Assembly: GCA_010093815.1 (NCBI GenBank)
Contig: ML996583.1
Direction: 5' to 3' (one strand)
DNA from: Pseudovirgaria hyperparasitica
Taxonomy: Eukaryota
DNA: 64,000 bases
Shown: one piece after another, positions 26,501 through 39,060 of the stretch
Numbering within the stretch: the first letter of the stretch is position 1
Layout of the letters: each line of letters begins with the position of its first letter
Notes under the pieces: model-generated
What the model was told of the DNA's origin: nothing
What the model saw: only the letters and a program-made list of their open reading frames with translations
The model's database searches: none
Program-made: the position numbers and the translations under genes

Positions 26501-27246
26501 TATTTGTGTCATTCATATAGGCTTTGTAATCTACGAAGTGTTGGCTTATGTCATTCCGCAGTGTGTCGTTGCCGGTATAGATTGTTTCTTCGACGGTTCG
26601 GATGTTCTGCTGAAGTTGTCCAATATCGCTACGCAACTCTCGATGATGTGTTGAATCGACCGAGTCCTTCGCACGTTGAGAGTTTTCGAGCTCCGTGAAA
26701 CGCTTGCGAAAATCAACATGTACCATAGAGACTTTGTCTTCTAGACTCATGGTCAGATTATCGATTCGTGTCCTGTTTAATTATGAGCTTGTGTTCTGTT
26801 ACTTGATAGTTGCTAATGTCTGACAGAATCTCTGGAAGCAGTGCGTTGCTCAAATCTGCCAGACTTTTATTTAGCCTCTCTTCTAGGTTCGCAATCGTTC
26901 CTTGCTCTTTAAGAACAGACAAAGTGCGCTTGGCATTACCAAAAAAGCTTTTTCTGCCAGACTTCCGTATTTTCTCCAATAGGTCCAAAAGCTCTTCAGT
27001 ACGAGCACAGCAGTCTTCCGTGAGTCTTGTGATAGCAGCCTCACTCTTCGGATTCTTCAACGATAACGATTTAATCTCGCAGCTAAGGTCTTTCACATTC
27101 TGCGCTCGTCGCTTGAGTGCATCATTGCATTTCGTCGACCCATCCTTGGAGTCGCATATATCTTGACAAACTTTCACGGTCTCCAAGCCAAATTTAAAGA
27201 ATTGTACGCACGCAGCAGCAACACTGAGCGCAGATATAGGATCCAT
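23550..27246 (-). CDS. NACHT-domain STAND protein (fungal NLR-like) with HeLo-like/SesA-type N-terminus, ~1214 aa, 2 exons (27246-26825, 26772-23550)
   Basis: N-terminus MDPISALSVAAACVQF is typical of fungal STAND N-terminal domains. Walker A WVNGKAGSGKSTLM, Walker B CIFIDGLDE, KLCVSSRPE and IVGKSEGVFLWA are present. The 52-nt intron 26773-26824 joins the two ORFs in frame. Confidence 0.88.
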
Positions 27247-27599
27247 AGCCTCGAAGAAAGGTCCCTTAGCTGGACTCTCATGGTTGAAAAAGGCTTGGAA
27301 ACTCAATTGCAAGAGCAGGGCGGGGCATTAGGCTGAGCACTTCGCTGACATCCTGTCACCTAGTGCATGACACCTTGTTCGATTGGAGTGATCTCGTCTT
27401 GTCTCAACTGTAGGTCTGATTGGCTGTTAGAGTGAGGCACAGTTGCATACATGTGATTGACAATAGGTATTGCAGTTCCTTCGGGTATGGAGGCCTATCA
27501 TGTCTACCTATAGGTAATGACGTAGATGTCTTCATCATCTAGATCCTGTACTTGTCATGTGGACGGCATTGATACAGTCTTGATGCAGTCTTGATGTAT

Positions 27600-29050
27600 G
27601 AAAGTCAAAGAACGTAGCGGGAATCAGTCGAAAGAAGACTAAAATATTCATGGATGCCTTAGGCATTATTAGGCTAAATTTCGGTAGTTCCCGAGGAAGC
27701 CTCCGACACTCATTATTCTCCTGTACACGCTATCTGCAACTTAAAGACGTCAAGGTACTGTTTGCTGAGTCCCTGGTGTCATTTTGGCGTTATCTGATGA
27801 CTTCAGCAGTCAATAGTCCCTAGGCGGTATTAAAAAGAGCTATGCTCGCCACTTTCATATTGTTCTTGCACATCTATACTGCGACACGCCCTCTCGTCAC
27901 CACTCTATACTATATCGTATATGCCTTTATCTAGGGCTCTAGAAACTTTTCACATGACCCCATCTATCCAAAAAGTACGACATGCCTACAGTTGTCTTCT
28001 AGCTCTTTCGCCTGCCATATAGACGCGCTAGTCTCATAACGCTCCCGTGATTGCGAATCATCTCTTCTCTTTTTAATTGTCTGTAGCCTCGAATTCTGAG
28101 AATGTCATTGTTTATGTATCTTGGGTCGAGGTAGGCTCAGTCGCCCCAAAAGCAGGATACTGGACAGTCTGGTACATTGTTGAGCCGCAATACCACACGA
28201 CGTTGGACGATCCCTGGTTGGGTCCTATACTGAACTTTAGTTCATGTAATTTGGTAAAAGGGAGGCATATGCTAGGCCTAGCTTCTTCTGCGTTACAACA
28301 AATAGGTGCTGAAGCGCTAGTGGAGGACTCACTTGATCGCCGTTGCTCATTCGATGTCTCTTCTATACGTTGTAACGTATCCTATCTATAAGCCTGAAGT
28401 ACTGCTTTGTTCAGAGACGGTAAGCTTGATCATGGCCGTAGTATCAAAATCGTCTGTTCGAAGTCCTCAGACCGGGAGAAGAATCTAACACTCTTGATTC
28501 GTTTCAATGCTACCATCTCAGAGCATACAGTACTCGTGTCTTCTGTTTTGGACATACTGCTGCGTGGGCTTTACGCTAGGAAGGTGAGTAAAGGTGTTCC
28601 TAAGTAGGTCAGCATTCTGTACTTTGTTGTGGATCTGACGACAGATAAGGAGCAACTGTTCGCCTAGCTTTGGCTCTGGTTGACTGGGGCAACGCGACGT
28701 GAATAATAGATATGAAAGTTCGATCGTCGGGTATGGTAAATACATATCGATAAGCTCAGAGTCTTCGAAGTCTGGCAGCGCCATGCTGTTTGACCAGGGT
28801 GGGTTCAGCATTAATCTTTCCGCATAGTCAGGATTGTTCGATTGTAGGCCTACAGCGTGTAAGTATCTAAAGTTGCTTTGATACCTGTCCTTCATTTCGA
28901 CTTGTTCTGGGTCCACAAGACTTCAAGAAAAGATGTAGAGTTGCGAATACAGGTACAGGTGTCTAGTCCAAGGCGCTTAAGGGGGTCCTAGACTTCAGGA
29001 ATATTGTCCATCAGAAGAGACCGGATTTCGAGATCGGAAAATGGCGCCGG
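27600..29050 (-). pseudogene. Degenerate gene relic (possibly an F-box-associated/DUF7730-like fungal family); boundaries approximate
   Basis: The residual ORF 28518-28916 contains LLLICRQIHN, resembling the common fungal LLxxCRQIyxE motif. Flanking frames stay protein-like but are broken by stops (mostly TAG/TAA) and frameshifts. Confidence 0.4.
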
Positions 29051-30287
29051 AGTGAGCAAGAGAAGTTGAGCGTGGCTCTCTGTAAAACTGTGGGGCCAAT
29101 CCTTTATGATTGCTCAATTCAGCAGTGACTGCTTAACATTAGTAGAGGGCGAAGATTAGGACTATATAATAGAGTCACTGACGAATAACTTTACAGATGA
29201 AGCTGGAAACTATCAATGGTGGGTAGAAGGGATGTTCGCTATGGCACTAAGTGATCATAACCTAGATTCCGTTACTAGAGCGAAGAATACGATGAAGTCA
29301 TTTATGCATGTACCCTCCACCGCTCTAGTTCATCAGAATGCCCCCCCCTCAAAGGACTTTCAAAGAACTTCCAAAATTATTTTTCAAAGATACATAGTTC
29401 CGCCCGTATAAAGCTTAAAGCCCTCGGCCACTAGGTTGATAATCTGCTGTTCAGGTCCTTTGTTGACGCGATCGTCGAGGACTCGAGACTAGGTAATTAA
29501 GCAAGCTGTATACTAGCTAAAAAACGAGCCTAGTGCCTGAGAAGATATATATATATACATCACAAATGCAAATTATAAGTTCATTATTCACAATGAACTT
29601 GGCCTTCGGGCAATTGGTCAATTTGGGACAGTATAGAGAAGATTATCATGGCCCCTGCACTAAGGACGACACGCGTAATCAAAGAGATGCCATCAGTTTT
29701 TCAGCCTTTCATACTAGGTTCAAGTTTGAACAAGATCGAGTTGCTATCTTGTGAATATGTCCTTCTTGGCATGTGAGAGCATCGCAATACAAAAGGCTAC
29801 TGCTATGTTTACATGTGTATGATAGGCACAGTGCCTCTTGTGCAGTGAGAAAGCCTAATTGAAAGATGTTAACATACTGACTTATCACCTGAATTAATGA
29901 TAGCCACTCCTTCATAATTCGAGAGAATCAGTCAATAGGCCTCAACTTTTCCTATAGCCAGCTTCAGATTACCCATGAGACCGTGTCGACTTCAAATGGC
30001 TATAAGCTTATATGTTCACATATTGGACAACTGACTGTGTATGTTGCAGTGGCATAATCGAGTAGAGAGGATGTCTTATATGTTCAAACCTGGTCTGAGG
30101 ACAGCCACCGGCACTTCCGGAACGGAGAATCTGGCAATTGTTTTGCTTCGCTAGCTTAGAAATTCACACAGCCAGCCGCCACAACTGAAAACACTTCAAC
30201 GTTGTAGTGGCCTCTTCCTTCACACCTTCACACCTTCACCAGACCACCCCAAACCACAACAGGATCTCAGATCCTATCTAGCTCAAC

Positions 30288-31187
30288 ATGAGTAGGTTAT
30301 ACCCTGCCTCTTGATCCTGTTTCTTGTTACTGGGGATGCTATCTCCTATTTCTCCTTTCAGTGGATCGGATGCTGAGGATGTCCATCTGCCATTTTCTCA
30401 ATTTTGACTAACAACTACCGTTCACATAGCCCACAGAGTATACTTCAAGGCTGCAACGGGCATCAAGCAGTACTTTGGGCAGAGCCCATTCTCCGTTCCA
30501 GATGCCTCCCCGCGAGATCAAACACTACCTTCAGAGCCACTGATAGGCCAGTTTGATGGTGCGAACGACAAGGGGAAAGAACCAGCCAAAGAGGATGATG
30601 AGGATCCGCCCCTCCCAAAGACCTCGTTTGATATCCACGTAGATGACTGTGATTTCGAGGAGTGGGCAAGAGCCGGGGGCAATTACGACGAAGAGGTCAG
30701 GAAACGCAAGGCGTTTCAATCCAGCTCCAACGGCATGCAAAGCTCGAGGATGGAATCCTCAGCTGCTGGTGACGATGCCCCTGAGCCCATTGAGGCTGGT
30801 GCTGCTGGTGCTGCTTTCGCAGCTCGCCTGACATTCCCAGTGAGATCAATGGATCAGAACGAAGATACGCCTGGAACAGAACAGTCTGACACAGAGGCTG
30901 ACTGGGAGACCACCGACGACAGCGAATCCGACGAAGCACCAGACTATGATGAGAACGAGGATGTGGAGAATGATACACAAGGTTTCGAGGCTGAAGACCT
31001 CGAGAATCTACCTCGCCCCGACAATGATGAGGACCGGCTGCCGCTCCAGGCCCTCAATCTACCCGTCCATCAGATGGACGATGAATACGATACTCCAGGA
31101 CCCTCATCAAGGCACCATGAGTCTGAAGAGTCATGGATGAACCGTCGAGCTCGTTCGGGCCTGTGGTACCACAGGGATGAACAATGA
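30288..31187 (+). CDS. Orphan acidic, probably disordered protein, ~253 aa, 2 exons (30288-30291, 30430-31187)
   Basis: CAAC-ATG-A|GTAGGT donor, GACTAAC branch site and CATAG acceptor at 30429. The frame is open from 30432 (HRVYFKAATG...) into the 30735-31187 ORF. D/E-rich. Confidence 0.65.
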
Positions 31188-33009
31188 ATTCCGTTTGTGA
31201 AAAAAGAGTGTATCGACTTGAGATTCTATTTCTCTCATATATACGCCTTAACCCCCCAGCGCGCTTTTCCCGTCAACTGAATTTAAATCATCTCTTTAAG
31301 TCTATCTCCTCGCTTTCGCTTTCGCAGTAAGCAGTCATGTACTCCGCCCCTAACAATGTCTCATGTCACAAAGCATGATATCTTAGATGATACAATAAGT
31401 TCTCTTTCTTGCGCACCAGAAACCCACAAAGAGTATGCCTTTCTTCCACAGAGTCTCGCTATATTTCGTTCTTTGTAGATCCCAGTGAACAGTACATAGT
31501 GTGACATTCTACAATGACACGATTGTCCCTTTCATCTGTCGTGAGGACTCTTATCCACACAGCTGGATGTATTTAAATAACAATGTACTCTTTTGTTCCT
31601 TTATTGCGTGGTATTGATTATCCAAAGCTATGAAACTAATTTTTTAGTAACGAGGCCAGCCTGTTATTGCTGTCTGTAAGACTTCTTCATACTGTTCTTG
31701 CCTCATGTCCGGTCTTGAAGAACAGTGGAATATACAAGGGTCTCCATAAGACCAGGGTAAGTCACAGGAGACTGACGCAGGACTACAAATTTGCAGTGCT
31801 GCTCTTCGACTCGGTATTGTTCAGATGTTATCTGGGGCTACTGGCAAGAGTATGTGTGCGCGAGTCAAGTTCTTCTGTACCTTCTTTCAATATCTCCCTG
31901 GTTTTAGTACTCTCGCACTCCACCAACACTATTATATCCAAGGAATCAGGGCACCAGTTTCTCAATCATGAACACGCACGTCCTCCCTTAGGCCCAAACG
32001 AACAGACATTGCCCCTGGCCATGGAATCTTTTCCTGCAGATAGCTTCCAACTCTTGAGAAATCCTCTTGTATTGATCCGTTTTGATCCTTGGTTTTGCTA
32101 TGAGAATTAGCACGAGCTTGCCACGGCACGAAGTCATACTTGAAAAAGATAGCGAGTGGACCTATAGACATAATATGTTATAGGGGGAACGTACTGTGGT
32201 ATGGTCTGCTAGTAACTCAATAAGATAGAATCTTGCTCAACACTATCCAGCACCCGTTGCATGAACGATAGACTTACATGGCATAGTAAAGCTGTATATC
32301 TGGATTGCGAAAAGGAGGACTTGATGGGCTAATCTCTGGGGGATAAAGTAAGCAAAGTGCTGGCATCTAATGGTTATCTCCTTTACGAGAGTAACTTAGT
32401 TACTACACCTTCGACGTCTCATACTAGAGAAACCAATCTTATCTGCTAATACCACCGGGTTGAACTTCAAGAAGTCGTATTGTCATGCGTCGACGAAGTG
32501 ACCAGAAACATCGACCGTCACAAGTCAGTTTGTTGTCATCCAGGAGACTTGTCTGCGACGAGCATTTGTATAGTCTCGGGGAGGAAGAAAGCAGATGACA
32601 GGTATAAACATGACGAAGTTTCTGCTCCGAGTCCGGGTGATGGTATATGAGTGCCAGTAACGAATGAGTATTGCTATAGGAAACGCATCTTCGTGGTAGA
32701 TGACTATATTCCTGTGACACAGAGAACCACACCACGACAGGAATCTATCCCCTTTCAATGAGATTCCACCGATCAGGTTAATCCGCTCCGCCACAATATA
32801 CCATCGACCACATGCACCAACGACAACACTGACCAATACTGACCAACACATCCACACCCAGCATGTACCCAATGCTCAAAGACCCATCATCATCATCATC
32901 ATTATGATCAACGACCCAACCGCCTCTCCGACCTCAATCCGAATTATCCCAAATCCTTCCCACCCACCAAACCTCCAATCCCACACACGCCCAAGCCTCC
33001 ACCAAAACA

Positions 33010-33789
33010 ATGCCCAACCTCACCACCTTCCAACAAATCTTCCTCCTCTACCTCCGCCGCTGGACCTTCCTCACCTGGCACAACATCGCCCACATCTTCA
33101 ACACCCACTTCGCCCACACCCTCCCGCCCGCCTACCTGGCAGCCTACTTCCGCGTCCTCGGCGAGACGGGCGCGTCCTGCTTCCGCGCCGTCTGCTTCTC
33201 CCACGACGCGCGCCTGCAGTACCACTACGTGCTCGAGCAGGCCGAGGAGGTGCGGCGCAAGCACGGCTTGCCGATGGCGCGTGGGTTGCCGGATGCGGAT
33301 GTGGATGTGGCAGACAGCGTAGACGGCTGGAGCACACACGCGGCAAGCGCGTCGTCGTCATCACCAGCAGCGCTGCCACTACCACCACCGCCATCATCGC
33401 CGAAGCAACAACCAGGGCTCCTCGCACACGTAGACTGGCAAGACCTCGTGCTGCGCGGCATATACAGCGACGATTTCAAAGCAGACCAGGCATGGGGCCA
33501 CTGGACATGGCGCAACTTCCGGCGCGCAACGACGACGGAAACAACGGCCACAGGCCGCCGACAGAACTACGTCGGAGTCGCGGATTTGTATCTCGGGGAT
33601 TTCTTCCGCGAGCCGGTGCCGGAGTGGTGGCAGGAGAGAAAGCGGGCGGCGGAGAGCTCGCTCGGGGTGAGAGCGGTCCGGGATAGGATGGCGATGATGG
33701 TGGTGCAGACGGCGGGGAAAGGGGTGGAGAGCGTGAGGCGGAGGACGTGGCTTTTCGGGGCTCAGAGAGGGGAGATTGCGGAGGAATAA
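33010..33789 (+). CDS. Hypothetical protein, 259 aa, N-terminal HTH/Myb-like motif
   Basis: Good start context (CAAAACA-ATG), strong GC3 codon bias, and the motif FLLYLRRWTFLTWHNIAHIFNTHF (WxxIAxxFNxxF). Confidence 0.7.
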   Translation: MPNLTTFQQIFLLYLRRWTFLTWHNIAHIFNTHFAHTLPPAYLAAYFRVLGETGASCFRAVCFSHDARLQYHYVLEQAEEVRRKHGLPMARGLPDADVDVADSVDGWSTHAASASSSSPAALPLPPPPSSPKQQPGLLAHVDWQDLVLRGIYSDDFKADQAWGHWTWRNFRRATTTETTATGRRQNYVGVADLYLGDFFREPVPEWWQERKRAAESSLGVRAVRDRMAMMVVQTAGKGVESVRRRTWLFGAQRGEIAEE

Positions 33790-34825
33790 AGGAGATTTTT
33801 GACGGAAATGGGGAGCTGTGGTGGTGGGTGCTGGGATGGGTGACTTGGAGGCTTCATGAAACATAATATGTGGTTAGAGAATCGTTTCTTTTTTGGTATA
33901 GCCAATGGAGCTTTTACTGGTTTTGTGCAGTTTGGCTCGTCGAGCTCGCGTTCTTGGGATTGGATACTGGCCTTTTAGCTTATGACGGGACCTAGTGTAT
34001 ATTTCTCCGAGGAGAGATACGCAAATGTCATCGGAATTGTCTTTGACACATACTAGATAGCATTCTATAGCCTTCTTAATCCTATAGTATCACATTTTAC
34101 GTTCTTCGTAGGAATCACCGTACCCCTCACATCTCCATGTCTATTCTCATATCTCTCACTTGAATGGTATCTCATATTTGGACCTAGCCGTGGCTTTTCG
34201 GTTTCAAACGGTGTTTCCGAACCTTGAAACGTCACACTGATATCCTACGTTAAGTCTAGTATTTAAAATTTCGTGAATTGTACCGACCTTACTAACAGAG
34301 CTTCCACAAATCTGAGCTCTCCACGTAGCCCATCACCTACATGGGCTCAGATATGATGCCTTGTGAAATCAAACAAGGGGCTCGAGATGAGGGCCTATCA
34401 ACGACCGGCGAGTGAAGCAACAGGACTGAAAGCAAGACACGTATGGGTGGACTTGAACTTGAACCTAGAAACCATGTCCATAACCAGTCCCACGTCACAA
34501 GAGCGAACTTGTCATGCTTCAGCACTGATATATTATTTCGCTATGTGAGTGGAGATGAGTGTAACGCTGACTGAGTACGGGCTCCATAGACTCCGTGATC
34601 CCTTACACCCCAGAACGCCTTTGAAGACAAACCGCAACAAGAGCGCCATGCTCCATCATCGAAGCTTTCACACACCATGCTCAATGTTATTCGTTATGAG
34701 CTCTGTAACGCTTCGTGTGTTTGTTGAAACCATATCTTAAATCGTCCCCATGACCATAGGATGCATCTGAGGTATCCTTTACACAACGTATAAAGCAATC
34801 TGAAATGAAAATCGTGATGTGGCAT

Positions 34826-35423
34826 TCATTGCGGGAGCATGTTCTTTATCTCTTCATCGGTGAGAATGATGTCCTTGACTGGCTCCTGTTTGCGCTCCAG
34901 GTCACCATAGTCGTGGTCGTGGTATGATGGGAGGAAGATATCTGCACAGCTCACCGTTAGATGCTTGCAAAACTGATGTAAATGCGAGGCTCGGTACTCA
35001 CCAGGGTTCCAGTCAAAGCCTTGTGATGCCTTGACGCACGATATCTGAAATTGCTCGTCAGTATCATTTGATTCGGAGTATGGCTCAACTGTGCTTACCA
35101 GCCGTGGTGCATCTGGTTGCCCAATGTTGATAACAATGTGCTCGGTTTTGGAGATCGACTCGCCTGGCAGTAATTAGTTCTCAGTTCTGACTGTAATTAC
35201 CGCATTCTCGCGCTTGCCATGACATACTTAACAATGATGGTCTCCGATCTCGGCCGAATATAGCTGCCTGGGGTGGAGTGGTGGGACTGTGTGAGAATGG
35301 TGTTCTTTTGTACGAGGATGAAGACGACGACGCGGAGGATGACGAGGAAGACTCGTTAATATGGTAGGTGGAGTGGCTACTCGACTTTCTCTTGCGCCGA
35401 GGAATGGGGATAGAGGACGACAT
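34826..35423 (-). CDS. Small conserved-looking hypothetical protein, 139 aa, 4 exons (35423-35228, 35163-35099, 35044-35002, 34941-34826)
   Basis: Three canonical introns (GTATGT, GTAAGC and GTGAGT donors with CTRAY branch sites) give an uninterrupted frame: RRPSLL|SESISKTEHIVINIG..|ISCVKASQGFDWNP|DIFLPSY...EPVKDIILTDEEIKNMLPQ*. Confidence 0.85.
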
Positions 35424-36559
35424 GGTGTTCGTCTACCTGTTGAGAACGTTGGGGCCCAGTACTAGAGAACTACCAGCTAGAGTTTGGATTTGGCGACATG
35501 AATCAGTGAGAGTCGTGAAAGTAAGTTAATATCTGCGTTTAAGACTCTCTCTCAAGGAAGAGAAATGCACAGTCTGAACGTTCAGCGTTGAGTGAGAGAC
35601 AAGAGCAAGCCGAAGCTCATGACGTGGGGTAAGCTTGGTTGTTGCGTGGGTGAGTCAGGATGCGGACGTGCTTGACGGATTAGGCAATCCACTAGTGCTA
35701 GGCATCGGTAGCAGCTGCCTAGCAGGCCATTATCGCACTTATCGCACGTGAAGAAACGTCAAGGCGCCAGCAAAGCGGGGGCGATAAGAGAATATAGGGA
35801 GTCGGGAGGCCAGGGGGAAAACATGGGCATGGATCAATCATTATCAATACATGCTCATGCTCCCTATATTCTGCTTGTTCAACGTTTGACACACCTGGAA
35901 TCCATAGGTATATCAACTCTAGATTACGCATTGATCGAATGCTCTGCACTAAACCCAGTCAAGTCTACGCATCGAGGTACGTATTGTTCAAGCAGTGTTT
36001 GTTTGACGGCTTTCTGGCTTTGAAACATACATATAAATAATTGTACACTGGGGATATCATCTGCGCGAATATACGCCGCCAAGTCCCGCACTCGTTCAAT
36101 CCCGATCTTCATTTGCATCTGCGTCGCTATCTGCACATTCCGCTGATTATGGACTTCGCAACCCCTTCCCCGGGCCAGCCCGAGCACAAATGGAAACGGG
36201 ACTATTGGGCTTTTCAAGCCAATGACAAATGAAAAGAAGTAAAAACGCTCTCGGGGATTCTCACCAAGTGCCGTTCATTAGGTGTATGAGTGTCTCCTCA
36301 ATAAGCCGGGCAGCGCCTTCCATACTATGCCTTCTGTTGTTTCAATGCTTAGTCCACTGACCTGGAGATGCTGCACCATTATCGTTTCTTGTGTCCTGTC
36401 CCATGGGTATCTTCCAATCCAATCCAAACAAATTTGCGTCAGTAACAATGAATGAATACATGTACATTCCCGCCACTGACATGGTGTGCGACATGTTCAC
36501 ACGATCTGTCTCTCCCAGTATGGCCACTCTGCATGGGTCTCTGGTCGGTCCAGGCTGAT

Positions 36560-39060
36560 TTACCAGCCCTTTTTTCTCGCAAACCTCTTGTTGAGCAGGG
36601 CCAGAACTTTTGTCACATTGAACTGGACATATTCGAGATCTAGATCTTGTTGGTTATCTTTCTGCATTTCCAGAAGATCATCGAGTTTTAGATCCAACTC
36701 TAATAGACCGCGATTGCGTCCTGTAGTATGCGTTAGTAGACACTCTTTACGTTGTGGAAATAACCTTACCTTTGTAGTGAAGACTGATGACGAATGTACC
36801 GGGTAGAGGACTGGTAAAATTGAAGTAGATGTTGGCTCGTCGGTTCTCCGGTACATTGCTTTTCTGTATGACGCCTTCTTTTTCGAGTTGTTGATGTGTG
36901 AACTTGTACGGACCGAGCACTTGATGCTTTTGCGTCTTTCTAGTCTTGCCTTCGGATTGGCTTCGGACGTTGTGTAGATACGACTTGTAGGTCTCTAGCT
37001 GACCGATGAGGTATGCGTTGTGATCACGAATGGTTCTGAAGACCTCGTCTAGTTTCTTGGTTTCTTCGACTGTCTTCTCCTTCATCGAACCAAGATGAAC
37101 CAGCTCCTGTTCCACTTCGTCGCGCAACAGGGCAAATCCATCGTCTTTGTCGATCACACCAAGCTCTTGAAGCTGGCTCAGCAGCTCCATAGTACGAATT
37201 CCTTTCTTGACCATGACTGAGTCGTTCTTGGTGGTTGCAGCAGCCTCTGCTATCTTGTCCAGACGGAGTGGTCTCCGAGTGACCGGCGTGTTGGTAGGAA
37301 ACGAACGGAGAATCATGACAAAGGTCGATTTGGCCTCCATGAAGTAGATCTCTTCCTGTGTGATATCGAGAGCAGCGGTCCAATCATCGAGAGGAGATTC
37401 CCACTTGCTGAATAGAGGCAGGTTGATGGCCCTATTATCCTTACGCGGAAGCTGAGCAGGTGCAGGGCCCAGTTCCTGAAGAAGCACACCTAGATGCGAG
37501 CTGTCATCTTTTGCTAGCACAGCCACGTGGCGCTCCAGCAATGAGTGCGTAGCGTACACTTCATTAAGAGTAATAGAGAGCTCAAGGTCGCGCTTGGACA
37601 AAGCCACGTAATTGTCCATTTCTAGACTCTCGTAAAAGTCTTGTACTTCACAGAGATCCAAAAGAAACTTGTTGATACGGTCTTTGTTTTGCTCAATGAA
37701 TGGCTGCAGCTTAATCATGTAGGGCTCTTTGGCATATGATGGCTTATTGGCCAGGTTCTGCAGCATCTTGGCAACGTATGTCAGTGTGCGCTTGGGGTTC
37801 TCGGCAGGCGTCCCGTCAATTAGCATGTACGACCTTGGTGTAACGATGGCTGGATTGATGAATCGGAGGAAGAAGAAACCGCCAATAAGAGTGCAGATCG
37901 TTTGGTCCTGTGCATCGGGGTACTTCCTCTTTGAAAGACTCCTGATCTGCTTACAGATCCATCGGATGCCATAAGGGGTTTCCTCGAGTCCCTTAATAAT
38001 TGTAGTTAAGAATGAATTGGCAATGTCCATGAGTAGCGTCAGGCGTGGTGCGATGATCTGTTGAACGGTTACGTTATCTGCAGCTTCTTCGGCAGTGACA
38101 CCACGGGGAAGAGATGGAGGCAATTTGCCCTCGCTCTCTTCCATGTCCTTGCACATCTTTTCATAAACCTTGAGAGGATTGATCTCGAGATCCAAGTCCT
38201 TAGTCTCAATGAGATTATTGATCTGTCCTGCGAGGACGATTTTCAGGTAACTCTGGCCAGGACCCCGACGAGTATACGTGGTCATCATTCGCGAAACGGG
38301 AGTGTTGGCGCGTAGAAGAGAGGAGTAGTCCGGAGTGTTGTCGAATTGATAGGTGAGCACAGACTGAGGCAAATTTAGCAAATATTAGTGAGGGCACCCT
38401 GATTGCTTACTTGGAACATGGTCAAGAGAAGATGTTCTTCTCTGCTCTCATATTGGTTTCCATAGATCGTGAACATGACTGTCTGAAGTAGAGAATCAAT
38501 CTCAGCCATAGTGACCAGACGACACAGATGTGCGATATGTCTAGGTTCTGATTGTAGCAGGAACAGCAAATTGCCATATTTTTGTGTCTTGTCGTCGTTC
38601 GGGAAGAAGCCTTCTTGCAGTTCGGCCGCTTCGTCGAGATGACTGGCAACCTCGTTTTGTTCCTCCAAAGCCATGCGATTCTGAATTAGCAAGGCAATTC
38701 TCGAGTCAAGGTATCGCACGTCCTTTTCGAGAACGAAGTTCTTTTTCGACTGGGAAGAAATTTTCGCCTTCAGGTCGCGAAGGACTTTTTGAGCTATACT
38801 TTTTGTCAGTATGACCAGCGTGGAGCCAATATGAACGCTGAGTGTAGGACCATACCCTTTGCCAGGTCATCTTCAATCTCCAGCTCCTTATCTTTTGCAG
38901 ACATGGACAAGTACAAAGCGGTCACGGAGTACCGCTTTGACTGCCGCACTGAACGCTGACCATCATGTGAAGACATTGTGTTCTGACGGGTAACTGGTTG
39001 AAAGGAAGAAGATGAAGAGGTGGAGGCTCTTGACGGGGCGTGGAGCATGGCGACGGACAT
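36560..39060 (-). CDS. gapA: Ras GTPase-activating protein (GapA/Gap1/Sar1 type, RasGAP + RasGAP_C), ~780 aa, 4 exons (39060-38856, 38793-38411, 38363-36770, 36720-36560)
   Basis: SLLRANT arginine finger, [17 protein letters not shown] signature and AKMLQNLAN. Introns 38794-38855, 38364-38410 and 36721-36769 are all canonical. Confidence 0.93.

Noticed and set aside
30292..30429. Possible stwintron (nested intron) using the internal TTTCAG at 30361
   Set aside because: It would require poor donors (GTTATA, then GTGGAT) and lacks a clear internal branch site. A single intron explains the frame.
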